This document shows, piece after piece, positions 37,467-47,052 of a stretch of DNA of 64,000 nucleotides. Within the stretch, counting starts at the first letter, position 1; each line of letters begins with the position of its first letter. Source of the DNA: Glycomyces tenuis DSM 44171 (GTDB taxonomy: Bacteria > Actinomycetota > Actinomycetes > Mycobacteriales > Micromonosporaceae); assembly GCF_000427885.1 (NCBI RefSeq), contig NZ_ATYW01000001.1, positions 147 to 64,146 on the forward strand, written 5' to 3'. A program made the position numbers and the translations under genes. A model generated the notes under the pieces. It searched no databases and had not been told where the DNA came from. It saw only the letters and a list, made by a program, of their open reading frames with translations.

Positions 37467-38408
37467 ATGGAACCGCACGCGACGATGCGGGCGGTCGTCT
37501 GCACCGGGTACGGGTCACCGGAGGTGTTGCAGGTCCGCGAGGTCGCGAAACCCCGCCCGCGTCCCGACGAGATCCTGATCCGGGTCGTGGCCGCCACCGC
37601 GCATGTCGGCGACACGCGGATCCGGCGAGCCGACCCCTTCCCGGCGCGGTTCGTGTTCGGCCTGTTCCGGCCGAAGCGGAACCTGGTGCTCGGCATGGAG
37701 CTGTCCGGCGTCGTCGAGACCGCCGGAGACGCCGTCACCGACTTCGCCGAGGGCGACGAGGTCATGGCGTTCACCGGCTTCGGATTGGGCGGCAACGCCG
37801 AGTTCCGGGCGCTTCCCGCCTTGAGCCGCAACGCCGGACGGCACGGCCTCGTCGTCCGCAAACCTCCCGCCCTCTCACACGCGGAAGCGGCCGCCGTTCC
37901 GGCCGGGGGCCTCACCGCGCTGCAGAACCTGCGCAAAGCGGGCCTGCGCGGCGGCGAGCGCCTCCTGGTCAACGGCGCGTCCGGCAGCCTGGGGACGTAC
38001 GCCGTGCAGCTGGCCGAACACCTCGGAGCGGAGGTGACGGCGGTGTGCAGCGCGGCGAACCGCGAGCTCGTCCTCTCGCTGGGAGCCGACCGCGTCGTCG
38101 ACTACGCCGCGGAGGACTTCACTCGGGCCGGTGCCCACGACGTCGTCTACGACGCGGTGATGACCTCGAGCGCGGCGAAATGCCGACGCATCCTGAGACC
38201 GGGAGGACGGTTCGTGAACAACAACCGCCTGCCGAAGCTCGAACGCTCGGACCTGCTCGAGCTCGCCGACCTCATCGAAGGCGGAGCGCTGCGCCCGGTC
38301 ATCGACCGGGCCTACGCCATGAGCGACGTCGTCGAAGCGCACCGCTACGTCGACACCGGGCGCAAGAAGGGCAACGTCGTCATCACCGTGGGGGACGCCG
38401 ACTCCTAG
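37467..38408 (+). CDS. Zinc-binding MDR-family NAD(P)-dependent dehydrogenase
   Basis: RBS GAAGGAG. MRAVVCTGYGSPEVLQVREVAKPRP...VNGASGSLGTYAVQLAEHLGAEV. Confidence 0.8.
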   Translation: MEPHATMRAVVCTGYGSPEVLQVREVAKPRPRPDEILIRVVAATAHVGDTRIRRADPFPARFVFGLFRPKRNLVLGMELSGVVETAGDAVTDFAEGDEVMAFTGFGLGGNAEFRALPALSRNAGRHGLVVRKPPALSHAEAAAVPAGGLTALQNLRKAGLRGGERLLVNGASGSLGTYAVQLAEHLGAEVTAVCSAANRELVLSLGADRVVDYAAEDFTRAGAHDVVYDAVMTSSAAKCRRILRPGGRFVNNNRLPKLERSDLLELADLIEGGALRPVIDRAYAMSDVVEAHRYVDTGRKKGNVVITVGDADS

Positions 38409-39055
38409 GCCGACCGGTCGGCGGACCCGTCGTCCTTGGACCCGCGGCCCAGGAGCTTCACCAGCAGCACGCCGCCGACCACGACGACCAGCGCCGCCAG
38501 GAGGATCAGGGCGAGGGTGGTGCCGGTGTTCGTGTCCTCCTCGGGGCTGTCGGCCGCGTCGGACGTGTCCGGCTCGGCGGCCTCGCTCGTCTCGGCCTCG
38601 GCCTCGGTCTCGGTCTCGGTCGGCGCGGCCGAGTCCGTCGACTCGGCGCCTTCGGCGAGCAGCTCGTCGGGGATGGCCTCGACGGTGAAGGTCCACGCGT
38701 CGTCGACGCGGTGGCCGTCCTCGGAGACCACGCGGAAGGCGACGGTGTACTCGCCGGGGGTGGTGTACAGCATCGGCTGGGTGAAGGTGTCGCCTTCGAA
38801 GGCGGCCTCGTCGAGTTCGAGCGTCTCGCCGGCCGGGTCGGTGACGGCGATCGTGGTGGAGGGGCCGTCGAGGACCTCGGAGAACGTGGCCGAGACCGAT
38901 GCCGGGGCGGTGTCCAGCGTGGCTCCGTCCTCGGGGTCGGTGCCGAGGAGGGCGGCGTGCGCTGAGGCGGCCGTGGCGGTCGCGGCGGCGAGGACGGCGC
39001 CGCATCCGGCGGCGAGGAGGAGTCGGAGCGCGTGTGCGCGGGAACCTTGCAGCAT
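38405..39055 (-). CDS. CopC-domain copper-resistance protein with C-terminal TM anchor
   Basis: Signal peptide, then HAALLGTDPEDGATL (CopC N-terminal His motif), a Glu/Thr-rich linker and the TM LALILLAALVVVVGGVLLV. Its stop overlaps the dehydrogenase stop inside the palindrome CCTAGG. Confidence 0.75.
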   Translation of the reverse strand: MLQGSRAHALRLLLAAGCGAVLAAATATAASAHAALLGTDPEDGATLDTAPASVSATFSEVLDGPSTTIAVTDPAGETLELDEAAFEGDTFTQPMLYTTPGEYTVAFRVVSEDGHRVDDAWTFTVEAIPDELLAEGAESTDSAAPTETETEAEAETSEAAEPDTSDAADSPEEDTNTGTTLALILLAALVVVVGGVLLVKLLGRGSKDDGSADRSA

Positions 39056-39235
39056 GGCGCCATGGTGCCACAGGCCGGCCGGTTCCCGAATGCGTGGCGA
39101 GTCACATGCCGTCGCAGCTCACAGGCATTCGGTCACCGTGCGTGCGCCCAATCTCATGGAATTGCGCAGTTGATGCCGATCCTCCACCGGACCCTCGTGT
39201 TGACGATCGCCAGAAGTTGTGATGTGCTTACGTCC

Positions 39236-40228
39236 ATGGTTGAACCGATCCGATGGGGAATCCTGGCGACCGGCAACATTGCATCGACCTATGTAGAAGA
39301 TCTTGCCCTGCTCGACGACTGCCGGGTCACCGCTGTGGCCTCAAGGTCGTCCGAACGTGCTGCCGCCTTCGCCGAGAAGTACGACATTCCCCATGCCTGG
39401 GACTCCGTCCAGGCGCTTGCCCAAGACGACGACGTCGACATCGTCTACGTCGCCACGCCCCACTCCCACCACTACATCCCGACCATCCAGCTCCTCGAGG
39501 CCGGCAAGCACGTCCTGTGCGAGAAGGCGTTCGCCTACAACGCCGGCCAGGCCAAGACGATGTTCAACGTCGCCCGCGAACATCAGCGGTTCCTCATGGA
39601 GGCCATGTGGACCCGCTGCAACCCCGCGATCCGCGAGATGCGCCGCGCCATCAAGGAGGGGATGATCGGCGAGGTCATCGGCGTGCACGCGAACTTCGCG
39701 ATCCACGGCGACTTCGGACCCGAGCACCGGCTGCGCAACCCCGACCTCGCCGGCGGCGCCCTGCTCGACCTCGGCATCTACCCGATCACCTTGGCGCACT
39801 TGGCTCTCGGCGTTCCCGACACGGTCCACGCCGAAGCGGTGATGACCCCCGAGGGCGTCGACGCGCACACGGCGCTGACCTTGCGCTACCCCAACGGGAT
39901 CGCCCAGTTGACGTGCTCGTTCGTGGGCGGGGCGGCGAACGCCGCCACGATCTCCGGCACCGAGGGCCGTATCGAGCTGAGCGACCTCGCCTACCGGCCC
40001 AGCGCGTACACCGTGATCCGCCACGGCGAGGCGCCCCGCGAGTTCGAGGCGCCCTACGTCGGCCACGGCTACGTCCACGAGGCGCTCGAAGTCCACAGAG
40101 CACTGCGGCAGGGCCGCCTCGAGTCCACGCTCGTCCCCCCGTCCAGCACCATCGAGGTGATGGAGATCATGGACGAGGCCCGCAAGCAGATCGGCCTGCA
40201 CTACCCCGGCGAGACCCGTCCGCTCTAG
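39236..40228 (+). CDS. Gfo/Idh/MocA-family oxidoreductase
   Basis: MVEPIRWGILATGNIASTYVEDL...VYVATPHSHHYIPTIQLLEAGKHVLCEKAF. Confidence 0.85.
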   Translation: MVEPIRWGILATGNIASTYVEDLALLDDCRVTAVASRSSERAAAFAEKYDIPHAWDSVQALAQDDDVDIVYVATPHSHHYIPTIQLLEAGKHVLCEKAFAYNAGQAKTMFNVAREHQRFLMEAMWTRCNPAIREMRRAIKEGMIGEVIGVHANFAIHGDFGPEHRLRNPDLAGGALLDLGIYPITLAHLALGVPDTVHAEAVMTPEGVDAHTALTLRYPNGIAQLTCSFVGGAANAATISGTEGRIELSDLAYRPSAYTVIRHGEAPREFEAPYVGHGYVHEALEVHRALRQGRLESTLVPPSSTIEVMEIMDEARKQIGLHYPGETRPL

Positions 40229-40255
40229 GGCGTCCGGGCTCTTCGGGCTTCGGCC

Positions 40256-40906
40256 CTACCGCCGCTCGCTGAGGAAGTCGAATCCGGAGCCGTCGGGAAG
40301 CGTGATGTTGTCGTACAGTGCCCGCTTGGTTCCGAAGCGGCCCTTGAACGCTCGTTCGACGCCCCGGTGGAGCCGGACCGAGTCCGCGGAGACCTCGTAT
40401 TCGAGCGCGCACTCGACCGGTTCCAGCGGGAGCGGATGGTCGCCCTTGGCGACCAGCGGCAGCCGCTCCTCCCATTCGAGGGTCGGCCGCAGGCGGACCC
40501 TGGCGAACCTGCGATCGGTGAGGACCCAGACCCCCTCGCCGGCCTTCGGCATCGGCGTGGAAGGGTCGTACATCGCCATGCACTGCGGGTCCGAGCCGAA
40601 CACGACCGCCCGCGGCGGCACGGGCATGCGGTGGCCGTCGTCGAACACCGGACTGTGCCCTTCGGCCAACCCGACGACGGTGATCACGGGTCGGAAGATC
40701 CGCTTCCACACGGTCTGCTTCGACTCGACCCGCTGATCCAGGACGGTCCCGTCCTGCTTCCGGCCCGCCACCAGGTAGCCGTCGACGCCTTCGGCGGACA
40801 TCCACTTCACGGCTTCGCCCGACCGGAGGACCTGCTCGCCGAGCAGCGCGGCGCCGTCGCGCCCGGCGTCCACCATGCGGTATTTCCGTCTCGTCGCGAA
40901 TTCCAT
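40256..40906 (-). CDS. Hypothetical protein
   Basis: Protein-like composition (MEFATRRKYRMVDAGRDGAALLGEQVLRSGEAVKWMSAEG...). No family recognised. Confidence 0.5.
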   Translation of the reverse strand: MEFATRRKYRMVDAGRDGAALLGEQVLRSGEAVKWMSAEGVDGYLVAGRKQDGTVLDQRVESKQTVWKRIFRPVITVVGLAEGHSPVFDDGHRMPVPPRAVVFGSDPQCMAMYDPSTPMPKAGEGVWVLTDRRFARVRLRPTLEWEERLPLVAKGDHPLPLEPVECALEYEVSADSVRLHRGVERAFKGRFGTKRALYDNITLPDGSGFDFLSERR

Positions 40907-40972
40907 CTCGACTGGAGACTCCGTCCTTCGAGCCGGTCGAAGCCGGCGTCGGTGATACGCGATATCGCGTAT

Positions 40973-41821
40973 CTAGTACTCGATCTCCTTGGCGGCCTGT
41001 TCGCGCTTCGCGAGAATGGCCGCGTGCTTCTCTCGGAGCCAGGCGGCCCGCTGTTCGGCGTTCTCGATCGAGGTCGACGGCGCGGCCTCCACCGGCACGC
41101 CGTGCCGCTGGGCCTCCCCGCGGAAGATCTCGTCGAGGCCGGGCAGCAGCGCCATGACCGGGCCGGTGAAGAAGCCGGTCGCGGCCTCCTTGGTGCGGAT
41201 CCAGCCCTTGTACTCGATCTCGCAGACGACCTGGCGGCGGCCCGCCTCGGGGTCCTTGATCGCCAGTTCGGAGACCAGAGCCCACAGCGTGAAGACGGCG
41301 GACGTGGCCTTCTCGGAGACCCAGCCGCGGCCGGGCACCGGCGGCAGGACCGTCTCGATGCCCTCGACGAAGCCGTCGGTGCTGAGCTTCTCGATGATGC
41401 CGTCGATGGTGCGGGTGCGGAAGGCCCGGACCTTGCCCCACTTGGCGGTGTCGCCGTCGAAGCCGACCTCCTCGGGGCCGATGTCGATGGTGCCGAACCG
41501 GTCGAGCTGGCGCAGCAGCAGGCCGGTGCCGGTGGGCGGCTTGGCCCCGGCGGTGATCAGCTTGGACAGGCTCCACTGCCACGGCTCGGCCACCGGCGCG
41601 CTGGGCAGCGGCAGGCGCCGCAGCAGCTCCTCGACGTCGCCCTCGCGGAGGGCGTTCTTGGTGTTGTCGGCGAAGTTCACGGCGGCGTCGCGCCTGTCCC
41701 GGGCATAGCCGGTGGCGGCGTCGCGCTTCTCGCGGGCGGCGTCGACGCCGACGTCGACGACCATCTTGCCGGCGTCCTGAGCGCGCTGCTTGATCTGGTC
41801 CAGGCGGTCTTTCATTCCCAT
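40973..41821 (-). CDS. Hypothetical protein (EspG-chaperone-sized, 282 aa), secretion-island member
   Basis: MGMKDRLDQIKQRAQDAGKMVVDV...; protein-like composition; adjacent to the YbaB-like pair. Confidence 0.5.
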   Translation of the reverse strand: MGMKDRLDQIKQRAQDAGKMVVDVGVDAAREKRDAATGYARDRRDAAVNFADNTKNALREGDVEELLRRLPLPSAPVAEPWQWSLSKLITAGAKPPTGTGLLLRQLDRFGTIDIGPEEVGFDGDTAKWGKVRAFRTRTIDGIIEKLSTDGFVEGIETVLPPVPGRGWVSEKATSAVFTLWALVSELAIKDPEAGRRQVVCEIEYKGWIRTKEAATGFFTGPVMALLPGLDEIFRGEAQRHGVPVEAAPSTSIENAEQRAAWLREKHAAILAKREQAAKEIEY

Positions 41822-41858
41822 GTGAGCAATTTACAAGTCACGGGCAACGGGCCGCGCG

Positions 41859-42266
41859 TCAGTCGTTGCGGCCCAGATTGTCCCGGGCGCGCTCGCGCAC
41901 GTCGTCGGGCATGTAGCGCCGCATCAGCCCGTCGACGTCGATCTTGTCCCCCGCGACCGCCTGCGCCAGCTCGGCCATCTTCAGCCCGTAGGCGGCCGTG
42001 GCCTCCCGGATGAGGGCGATGATCGTCGGGGCGAGCGTCTGGCGCTGGCGCATGGCGTGCTCGTCGATGCCGATCTCGTCGACCTTGCCGTCGGAGTCGA
42101 GCTTGACGCGGACGAGCCCGTCCTCGGAGTACACCTCGACCGCGTCGGCGCCCAGCTGGGCGCTCATCTCGTCGAAGCGGCGGATCGTCTCCTCGGCCTC
42201 GGCCTGCATCCGCTCGAGGCGCGCCATCATCTCATGCGGGTCGGGCCGACTGCTGCGATCGCTCAT
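41859..42266 (-). CDS. YbaB/EbfC-family nucleoid-associated-like protein (EspL-like)
   Basis: MMARLERMQAEAEETIRRFDEMSAQLGADAVEVYSEDGLVRVKLDSDGKVDEIGIDEHAM... fits the YbaB pattern. Confidence 0.65.
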   Translation of the reverse strand: MSDRSSRPDPHEMMARLERMQAEAEETIRRFDEMSAQLGADAVEVYSEDGLVRVKLDSDGKVDEIGIDEHAMRQRQTLAPTIIALIREATAAYGLKMAELAQAVAGDKIDVDGLMRRYMPDDVRERARDNLGRND

Positions 42267-42559
42267 CAGCGCGCCTCCTCGTCGTTCGTGGTCATGGACG
42301 CCATGACCTGGTTGACCTCGGCGGACAGTTCCCGCTCCACCTGCTGCATCGCGGCCTTCATCGTCGCGACGATCAGCGCGCCGAGCTCGACGCCGCTCAG
42401 GTCGAACGCCTTGAGCCGCAGATCCAGCTCCTTGATCTGGCCGCCGGGGCCCGCGACCACTCGCACGGAGCCGTCCTCGGAGACCACCTCGGCCTCCGCC
42501 TCGAGCGCCAGGCGCTGTACGCGAGCGATCTTGCTCTGCATGTCCTCATCGTCGGGCAA
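42266..42559 (-). CDS. YbaB/EbfC-family protein (second copy)
   Basis: MQSKIARVQRLALEAEAEVVSEDGSVRVVAGPGGQIKELDLRLKAFDLSGVELGALIVATMKAAMQQV. Confidence 0.6.
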   Translation of the reverse strand: MPDDEDMQSKIARVQRLALEAEAEVVSEDGSVRVVAGPGGQIKELDLRLKAFDLSGVELGALIVATMKAAMQQVERELSAEVNQVMASMTTNDEEAR

Positions 42560-42727
42560 GGCATTCCCCTTCCGGTCTCCACCTGCGGCCGGTGCCGCCT
42601 GCCTGTGATCGTATAAGCGCGATGCTCACCCGGCCACCTCGGCCGCTGCCACCTCAGGGGGTATTGCGGCCGGGGGTTATATTCGAGATCACCACCCCGG
42701 AATGCCCATTACCTGAGGTGAATGCAC

Positions 42728-43981
42728 ATGTCCGAGCCCGTCGGCGTCACGCCGCAGCAACTCTCCGATGCCGAACAGCAGCTTCGGAGCCAGATCGACC
42801 CAGCGGCCGAACTCGAGACCAAGGCCAACGCCGAAGGACTCGACATGATGGCCTGGGGCGTCCCCGGCCTGTTCTTCTCCCCCGGCTACTACCAGATGAC
42901 CGCCGACATCAAAGAGCTCTTCCGCATGATGGTCGAAGGGCTGGAGGGCCACGCCACCCGCCTCAAGGACTGCCGCGAGGCCTGGGACACGGCGGACATG
43001 GACACCGCCACCGAGTTCTCCCAGTTCGCCCCCGAGGGCCTGGGCAGCAGCATCGACTGGGGTGGCGCGACGTTCACCGGCAGCGGCGGGAACTACACCA
43101 CGGCGGGCCCGGTCGCGGTCATCGACGGCGGGTCGTGGATGAAGGCGTCCCCCACCAAGGCGATCACGAACTACGCGGAATACGGCGACAAGATCGAAGC
43201 GGTCAAGCGCGCCGACGACGGCGGCGAGATGCTCTACGCCGTCATGGACATCAGCGCGGCCACCATGGGCTGGGCCGGCGACGCCATGGAGATCGCCACC
43301 AACCCGCTGTCGTTCCTGATCTCAGCGGGCCTGGACTTCCTGATCTCGCTCATCCAGCCGGTCGACGACCTCCTCGGCATGGTCATCGGCAACGCCGAGC
43401 GCATGGGCGAGGAGATCAAACGCTGGAACGGGATCAAAGGCGGCCTGCCGCCGATCGGCGAGGCGGTCGCCACGATCCCCGAAGGCGGGCTCAGCCAGTG
43501 GTCCGGCCAGGACGGCAACGCCGCGCGGACGAAGATCAAGGAGTTCGCCGAGGCGGTGCTCGACCTCGGCGACAAGATCCAGGTGCTCGAAGGCCTGATG
43601 CAGCTGTGCGAGCTGATCGCCACGCTCATCCGCAAGACGCTGCTCGGCATCCTGGCCGACTGGATCACCAACCAGATCATCGCCTGGGCCATCGCCGGAG
43701 CGGCCTCCGCGTTCACCTTCGGTGGAGCCGCCGCCGCGCAGCTGGCGAACTCCATCCGCTCGGCGATCCAGACCGTCATCAAGGCGCTCGACAGGTACAA
43801 CAAGGCCGCTCAGGCGTTCATCGACGGGAGCAAGATCCTCAGCCGCGTCCAGCAGGTCGTCGAGGTGGCCGCGCACCCGCTGACGGAGGCCGGCATGAAG
43901 TTCGTCGGCACGGTCGGCACGCTCGCGGGCGCCGGCGGCCCCCCGACCAGCGACTCGATCGCCGACGGGTTCAACGGCTAG
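42728..43981 (+). CDS. Helical WXG100-like/EspA-like protein with hydrophobic C-terminal half (candidate T7SS-type substrate or toxin)
   Basis: RBS GAGGTGA. MSEPVGVTPQQLSDAEQQLRSQIDPAAELETKANAEGLDMMAWGVPG... helical N-terminus; the C-terminal half has amphipathic/hydrophobic helices (LLGILADWITNQIIAWAIAGAASAFTFGGAAAAQL). Confidence 0.55.
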   Translation: MSEPVGVTPQQLSDAEQQLRSQIDPAAELETKANAEGLDMMAWGVPGLFFSPGYYQMTADIKELFRMMVEGLEGHATRLKDCREAWDTADMDTATEFSQFAPEGLGSSIDWGGATFTGSGGNYTTAGPVAVIDGGSWMKASPTKAITNYAEYGDKIEAVKRADDGGEMLYAVMDISAATMGWAGDAMEIATNPLSFLISAGLDFLISLIQPVDDLLGMVIGNAERMGEEIKRWNGIKGGLPPIGEAVATIPEGGLSQWSGQDGNAARTKIKEFAEAVLDLGDKIQVLEGLMQLCELIATLIRKTLLGILADWITNQIIAWAIAGAASAFTFGGAAAAQLANSIRSAIQTVIKALDRYNKAAQAFIDGSKILSRVQQVVEVAAHPLTEAGMKFVGTVGTLAGAGGPPTSDSIADGFNG

Positions 43982-43982
43982 C

Positions 43983-45269
43983 GTGGCACGCCCCGAACCC
44001 CCCGTCTCCCAGCACGGTTTCGCGACCGTCGACGACATCGACGACGCGCCCGCGTTCGCCTACAAGGACGACATGGGCAGGCGCCACCAGGCCGATCCGG
44101 AGCCGATGATCGACTTCGACTCCCTCGACGACTGCAAGGCGGGCCGCTCGGTGCGGCTCCAGCCGCGCGAGGGCCGGGGGGTGCTGGACGTCTTCGTGTG
44201 CACCGCCGAGACCGCGGACGCGACCGGCGTGCTCCTGCTCGACGGGAAGGCCGTCGCGGCCGGAGACGGCCGCTACCAGGTCGAGCTGCCGCCGGGCGAG
44301 CATACCGTCGAAGTGCAGGGAGCGGACGCCGCGAGCTCGGCGTTCACCTTGGCCGAGGGCGAGCGCGTCTGCTTCACGACCGGTCAGGGCGTGGCGATCC
44401 GCAACCAGGTCGAATACCGCACCCAGCTGTACCGGGTCGAGGACGGCGCCGAGATCATGCCCCTCCTGGAGGGGCAGGGCGCCAAGGCCTCCAACATCGG
44501 CTGCCTGACGGCCGTCGCCGGCGTGGTCGCCCTGGTCGTATCGGTCGTGGCGGTGATGCTCGCCCCGGAAGGGCTCGCGCAGGGCGTCGCCACCGCGTTC
44601 GTGCTGGCGAGCACGGCCGCGCTGGTCACCGGCGTGGCCGTGGGGATCACCGCGACCCGCCGCCTGCACCGGCGCGCCGCGTCGGCCCGCGTCGGGCCGG
44701 TCCACCGGGTCGCCGGGGACGGCCGCGCGATCGCCTTCCCTTCGCCCATCGACGTGCGCGACTGGAGGCGGAACGACGGCTCGCACGGCGTCGCGATCGC
44801 GTTCGACCTGTTCCTGTACCGGGTGACGCGGCGGCCGGGCGGCCCGGCGAGCTATTCGGGGGCGAACGAGGCCCTGGCGCTGTCCCACGCCTCCCGGCCG
44901 CGGCTGCGGATCGACGACGCCGAGGTGCCGTGCGACTGGTCGACGTGGTTCTACCGGCTTCCGGTTGGCGAGCACCACTTCGTCGCCGAGTACGGCCCCG
45001 ACCCGGTCGACGGGTTCACGGCCCGGCACGAGTTCTCGTTCGAGGTCGAGGACGTCGGCGACGTCGCGGTCGTGCACCTGCCGTTCCGCGTGTTCCGGGT
45101 CTGGGACGAGAGCGGGCGGCGCCTGACCGCCTTCCGGCCGCAGATCGCGAGTCGGGTCACCAAGGAGGCGCGCTCGCTGGTCGCGCGCTCGCAGGGCGAC
45201 TCGGTCCCGAAGTCGGACTGGGTGCCCCCGCGGATCTGGCCGCGCAACGGGCACGGCGCCGCGGAGTAG
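43983..45269 (+). CDS. 2-TM membrane protein, paralogue of 50658..52004
   Basis: GTG start right after the upstream TAG. LLLDGKAVAAGDGRYQVELPPGEHTVEVQ... with TM segments NIGCLTAVAGVVALVVSVVAVML and VATAFVLASTAALVTGVAVGI. Confidence 0.55.
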   Translation: MARPEPPVSQHGFATVDDIDDAPAFAYKDDMGRRHQADPEPMIDFDSLDDCKAGRSVRLQPREGRGVLDVFVCTAETADATGVLLLDGKAVAAGDGRYQVELPPGEHTVEVQGADAASSAFTLAEGERVCFTTGQGVAIRNQVEYRTQLYRVEDGAEIMPLLEGQGAKASNIGCLTAVAGVVALVVSVVAVMLAPEGLAQGVATAFVLASTAALVTGVAVGITATRRLHRRAASARVGPVHRVAGDGRAIAFPSPIDVRDWRRNDGSHGVAIAFDLFLYRVTRRPGGPASYSGANEALALSHASRPRLRIDDAEVPCDWSTWFYRLPVGEHHFVAEYGPDPVDGFTARHEFSFEVEDVGDVAVVHLPFRVFRVWDESGRRLTAFRPQIASRVTKEARSLVARSQGDSVPKSDWVPPRIWPRNGHGAAE

Positions 45270-45318
45270 ACCCCGAACCGGTCTCGGCCTGTCTCGGCTC
45301 GAACATCCTGGGAACGGA

Positions 45319-45358
45319 CAAGGGCCGGACGAACCTGTGATGGTTCGCCCGGCCCTTG
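45319..45358. terminator. Bidirectional terminator hairpin between convergent operons
   Basis: caagggccggacgaacc-tgtgat-ggttcgcccggcccttg (about 17-bp stem). Confidence 0.55.
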
Positions 45359-45367
45359 CCGTACTGC

Positions 45368-47050
45368 CTACGCGTAAGGGTCTTCGTCCTCGTTGCCGAT
45401 GCCCCAGACGTCGTCTTCTTCAGTGAGCCAGGTGTCCTTGCCGTCCTGGTCCTCACCGGGTCCGCCCATGCCGCGGCCACCGGCGCCGCCCATCATGCCG
45501 CCGGCCATGCCGCGGCCGGCTCCGGCGCCCGCACCTCTACCGCCGGCACCGGCGCCCGCGCCGCGACCGGCTCCGGCGCCCGCACCCGCGCCTCTACCGC
45601 CGGCTCCGGCACCGGCGCCGCGACCGGCGCCCGCGCCGCCCATCATGCCGCCGCCGATGCCACCGGCTCCGGCGCCGAGACCGCCGCCCGCACCGCCGCC
45701 GGGAAGACCGCCGCCGGCACCTCCACCACCGGGAAGACCGCCGAGGCCACCGCCACCGCCGCCACCGCTGGCGAGACCGCCGCCGACGTCGTCGGGGTCG
45801 GGAGTCGACGGGTCCCACGGGTTGGGGTCGAGGCCGTCGTCGGGGAGATTGGTGTCGGGCGGCCCGCCGGGACCGGGGAGATCGGGACGCGGAGAGTTGG
45901 GGCCTCCCCCAAGGTCCGGCGTCGGCACGCTCCCGGGCGCGGGCGGTTCCATGCCGTCGAGACCGCCGCCGCCCATGTCGGGCATGCCGCCGCCACCGCC
46001 GGAGTCGAGCCCTCCGCTGCCGGGCTTGTCGGTCTGCCCGTCGTTGAAGGTGGTCTGCTCACCCTGCTCGTGGTCGGGCTCGATCTCGGTGACCGCCATG
46101 TCGGTGGTGCTGTGCCGGTCGGTGACCTCTTCGTTGACCTCGGCGGCCTGGGCCTGGAGGATCTCCTGGCCGTCGTTGCCCATGTCCTCGAGCATGTCGT
46201 CGGCCAGCTGGTCGGCCTTGTACTGAGCGAGCTCCTCGCCCTTGCGCCCGTCCTCCTCGTAGTCCGGGTTCTCCGCCACGTACTCCGCCCAGCGGTTGTA
46301 CTCCTCTTCGCGCGCGTCGTGGACCTCGTCCACGATGCCCGGGTCGAAGCCCGCGAGCTCGACGGCTTCCTTCGTCTCGTCGTTCGCCTTGATCTCGCAG
46401 GTCTGGAAGAACGGGGGGCGGATGTGGATCGCCTGCGAACCGCAGCCGGTGTTCTCCAGGAAGAACTTCGGCGCGGGGTAGACGATGGCCGTGCCGCCCT
46501 GCTGGTTGAAGATCTCCTGCTGCTTGTCGTTGAGGACCTTGATGATGCCGCCGGCGCCATCTTCACCGGCGATGTCCTTCATGATGGTCTTGCAGTTCCT
46601 GATGACGGTCTGGGTCTGCTCCTCGAACCCGTCGTAGTCGTCGCCCTTCCATGAGTTGGCGAGATCTGCCAGCCCATTCTCGAGATCCTCCCAGATGGTG
46701 CCGAAGAGTTCATGGAACTCCGACCACTTGTCCCGGATCGTGTCCAGAGCGTAATCGGCCTCAGGCTGCGGCCGGAGCGAGGCGACCATGCTCTGGATCG
46801 TCTGGCCGGGAGGAAGCAGCATGGTTCCCTCGCGGGCAGCGGTCATGCTGTTGATCTGAGTCGCCTGCGGCACTGCCGACATGAGCTTGATCCAGGCCGT
46901 CTCGGCCGGATCCTCCTCGTCGTTGGTGCAGTCGCCGGTGCCGCAGTAGGGGTTGACCCTCAGGTCGTTCTCAGCGCCTTGGAACTCCGAACCTGACTGC
47001 CCTTCTTCGACCTCTTCGTAGTCGGGGCGCTCGAATTCTTCTTCGCTCAT
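45368..47050 (-). CDS. Large WXG-motif protein with Gly/Ala-rich (PGRS-like) tail and conserved C-terminal ...WGIGNEDEDPYA
   Basis: 560 aa. N-terminal helical domain with W-K-G (LANSWKGDDYDGFEEQ), a central globular domain, then ...GGGAGGGLPGGGAGGGLGAGAGG...(GAGAGRGAGAGAGG)n... ending TWLTEEDDVWGIGNEDEDPYA. Confidence 0.7.
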   Translation of the reverse strand: MSEEEFERPDYEEVEEGQSGSEFQGAENDLRVNPYCGTGDCTNDEEDPAETAWIKLMSAVPQATQINSMTAAREGTMLLPPGQTIQSMVASLRPQPEADYALDTIRDKWSEFHELFGTIWEDLENGLADLANSWKGDDYDGFEEQTQTVIRNCKTIMKDIAGEDGAGGIIKVLNDKQQEIFNQQGGTAIVYPAPKFFLENTGCGSQAIHIRPPFFQTCEIKANDETKEAVELAGFDPGIVDEVHDAREEEYNRWAEYVAENPDYEEDGRKGEELAQYKADQLADDMLEDMGNDGQEILQAQAAEVNEEVTDRHSTTDMAVTEIEPDHEQGEQTTFNDGQTDKPGSGGLDSGGGGGMPDMGGGGLDGMEPPAPGSVPTPDLGGGPNSPRPDLPGPGGPPDTNLPDDGLDPNPWDPSTPDPDDVGGGLASGGGGGGGLGGLPGGGGAGGGLPGGGAGGGLGAGAGGIGGGMMGGAGAGRGAGAGAGGRGAGAGAGAGRGAGAGAGGRGAGAGAGRGMAGGMMGGAGGRGMGGPGEDQDGKDTWLTEEDDVWGIGNEDEDPYA

Positions 47051-47052
47051 GA

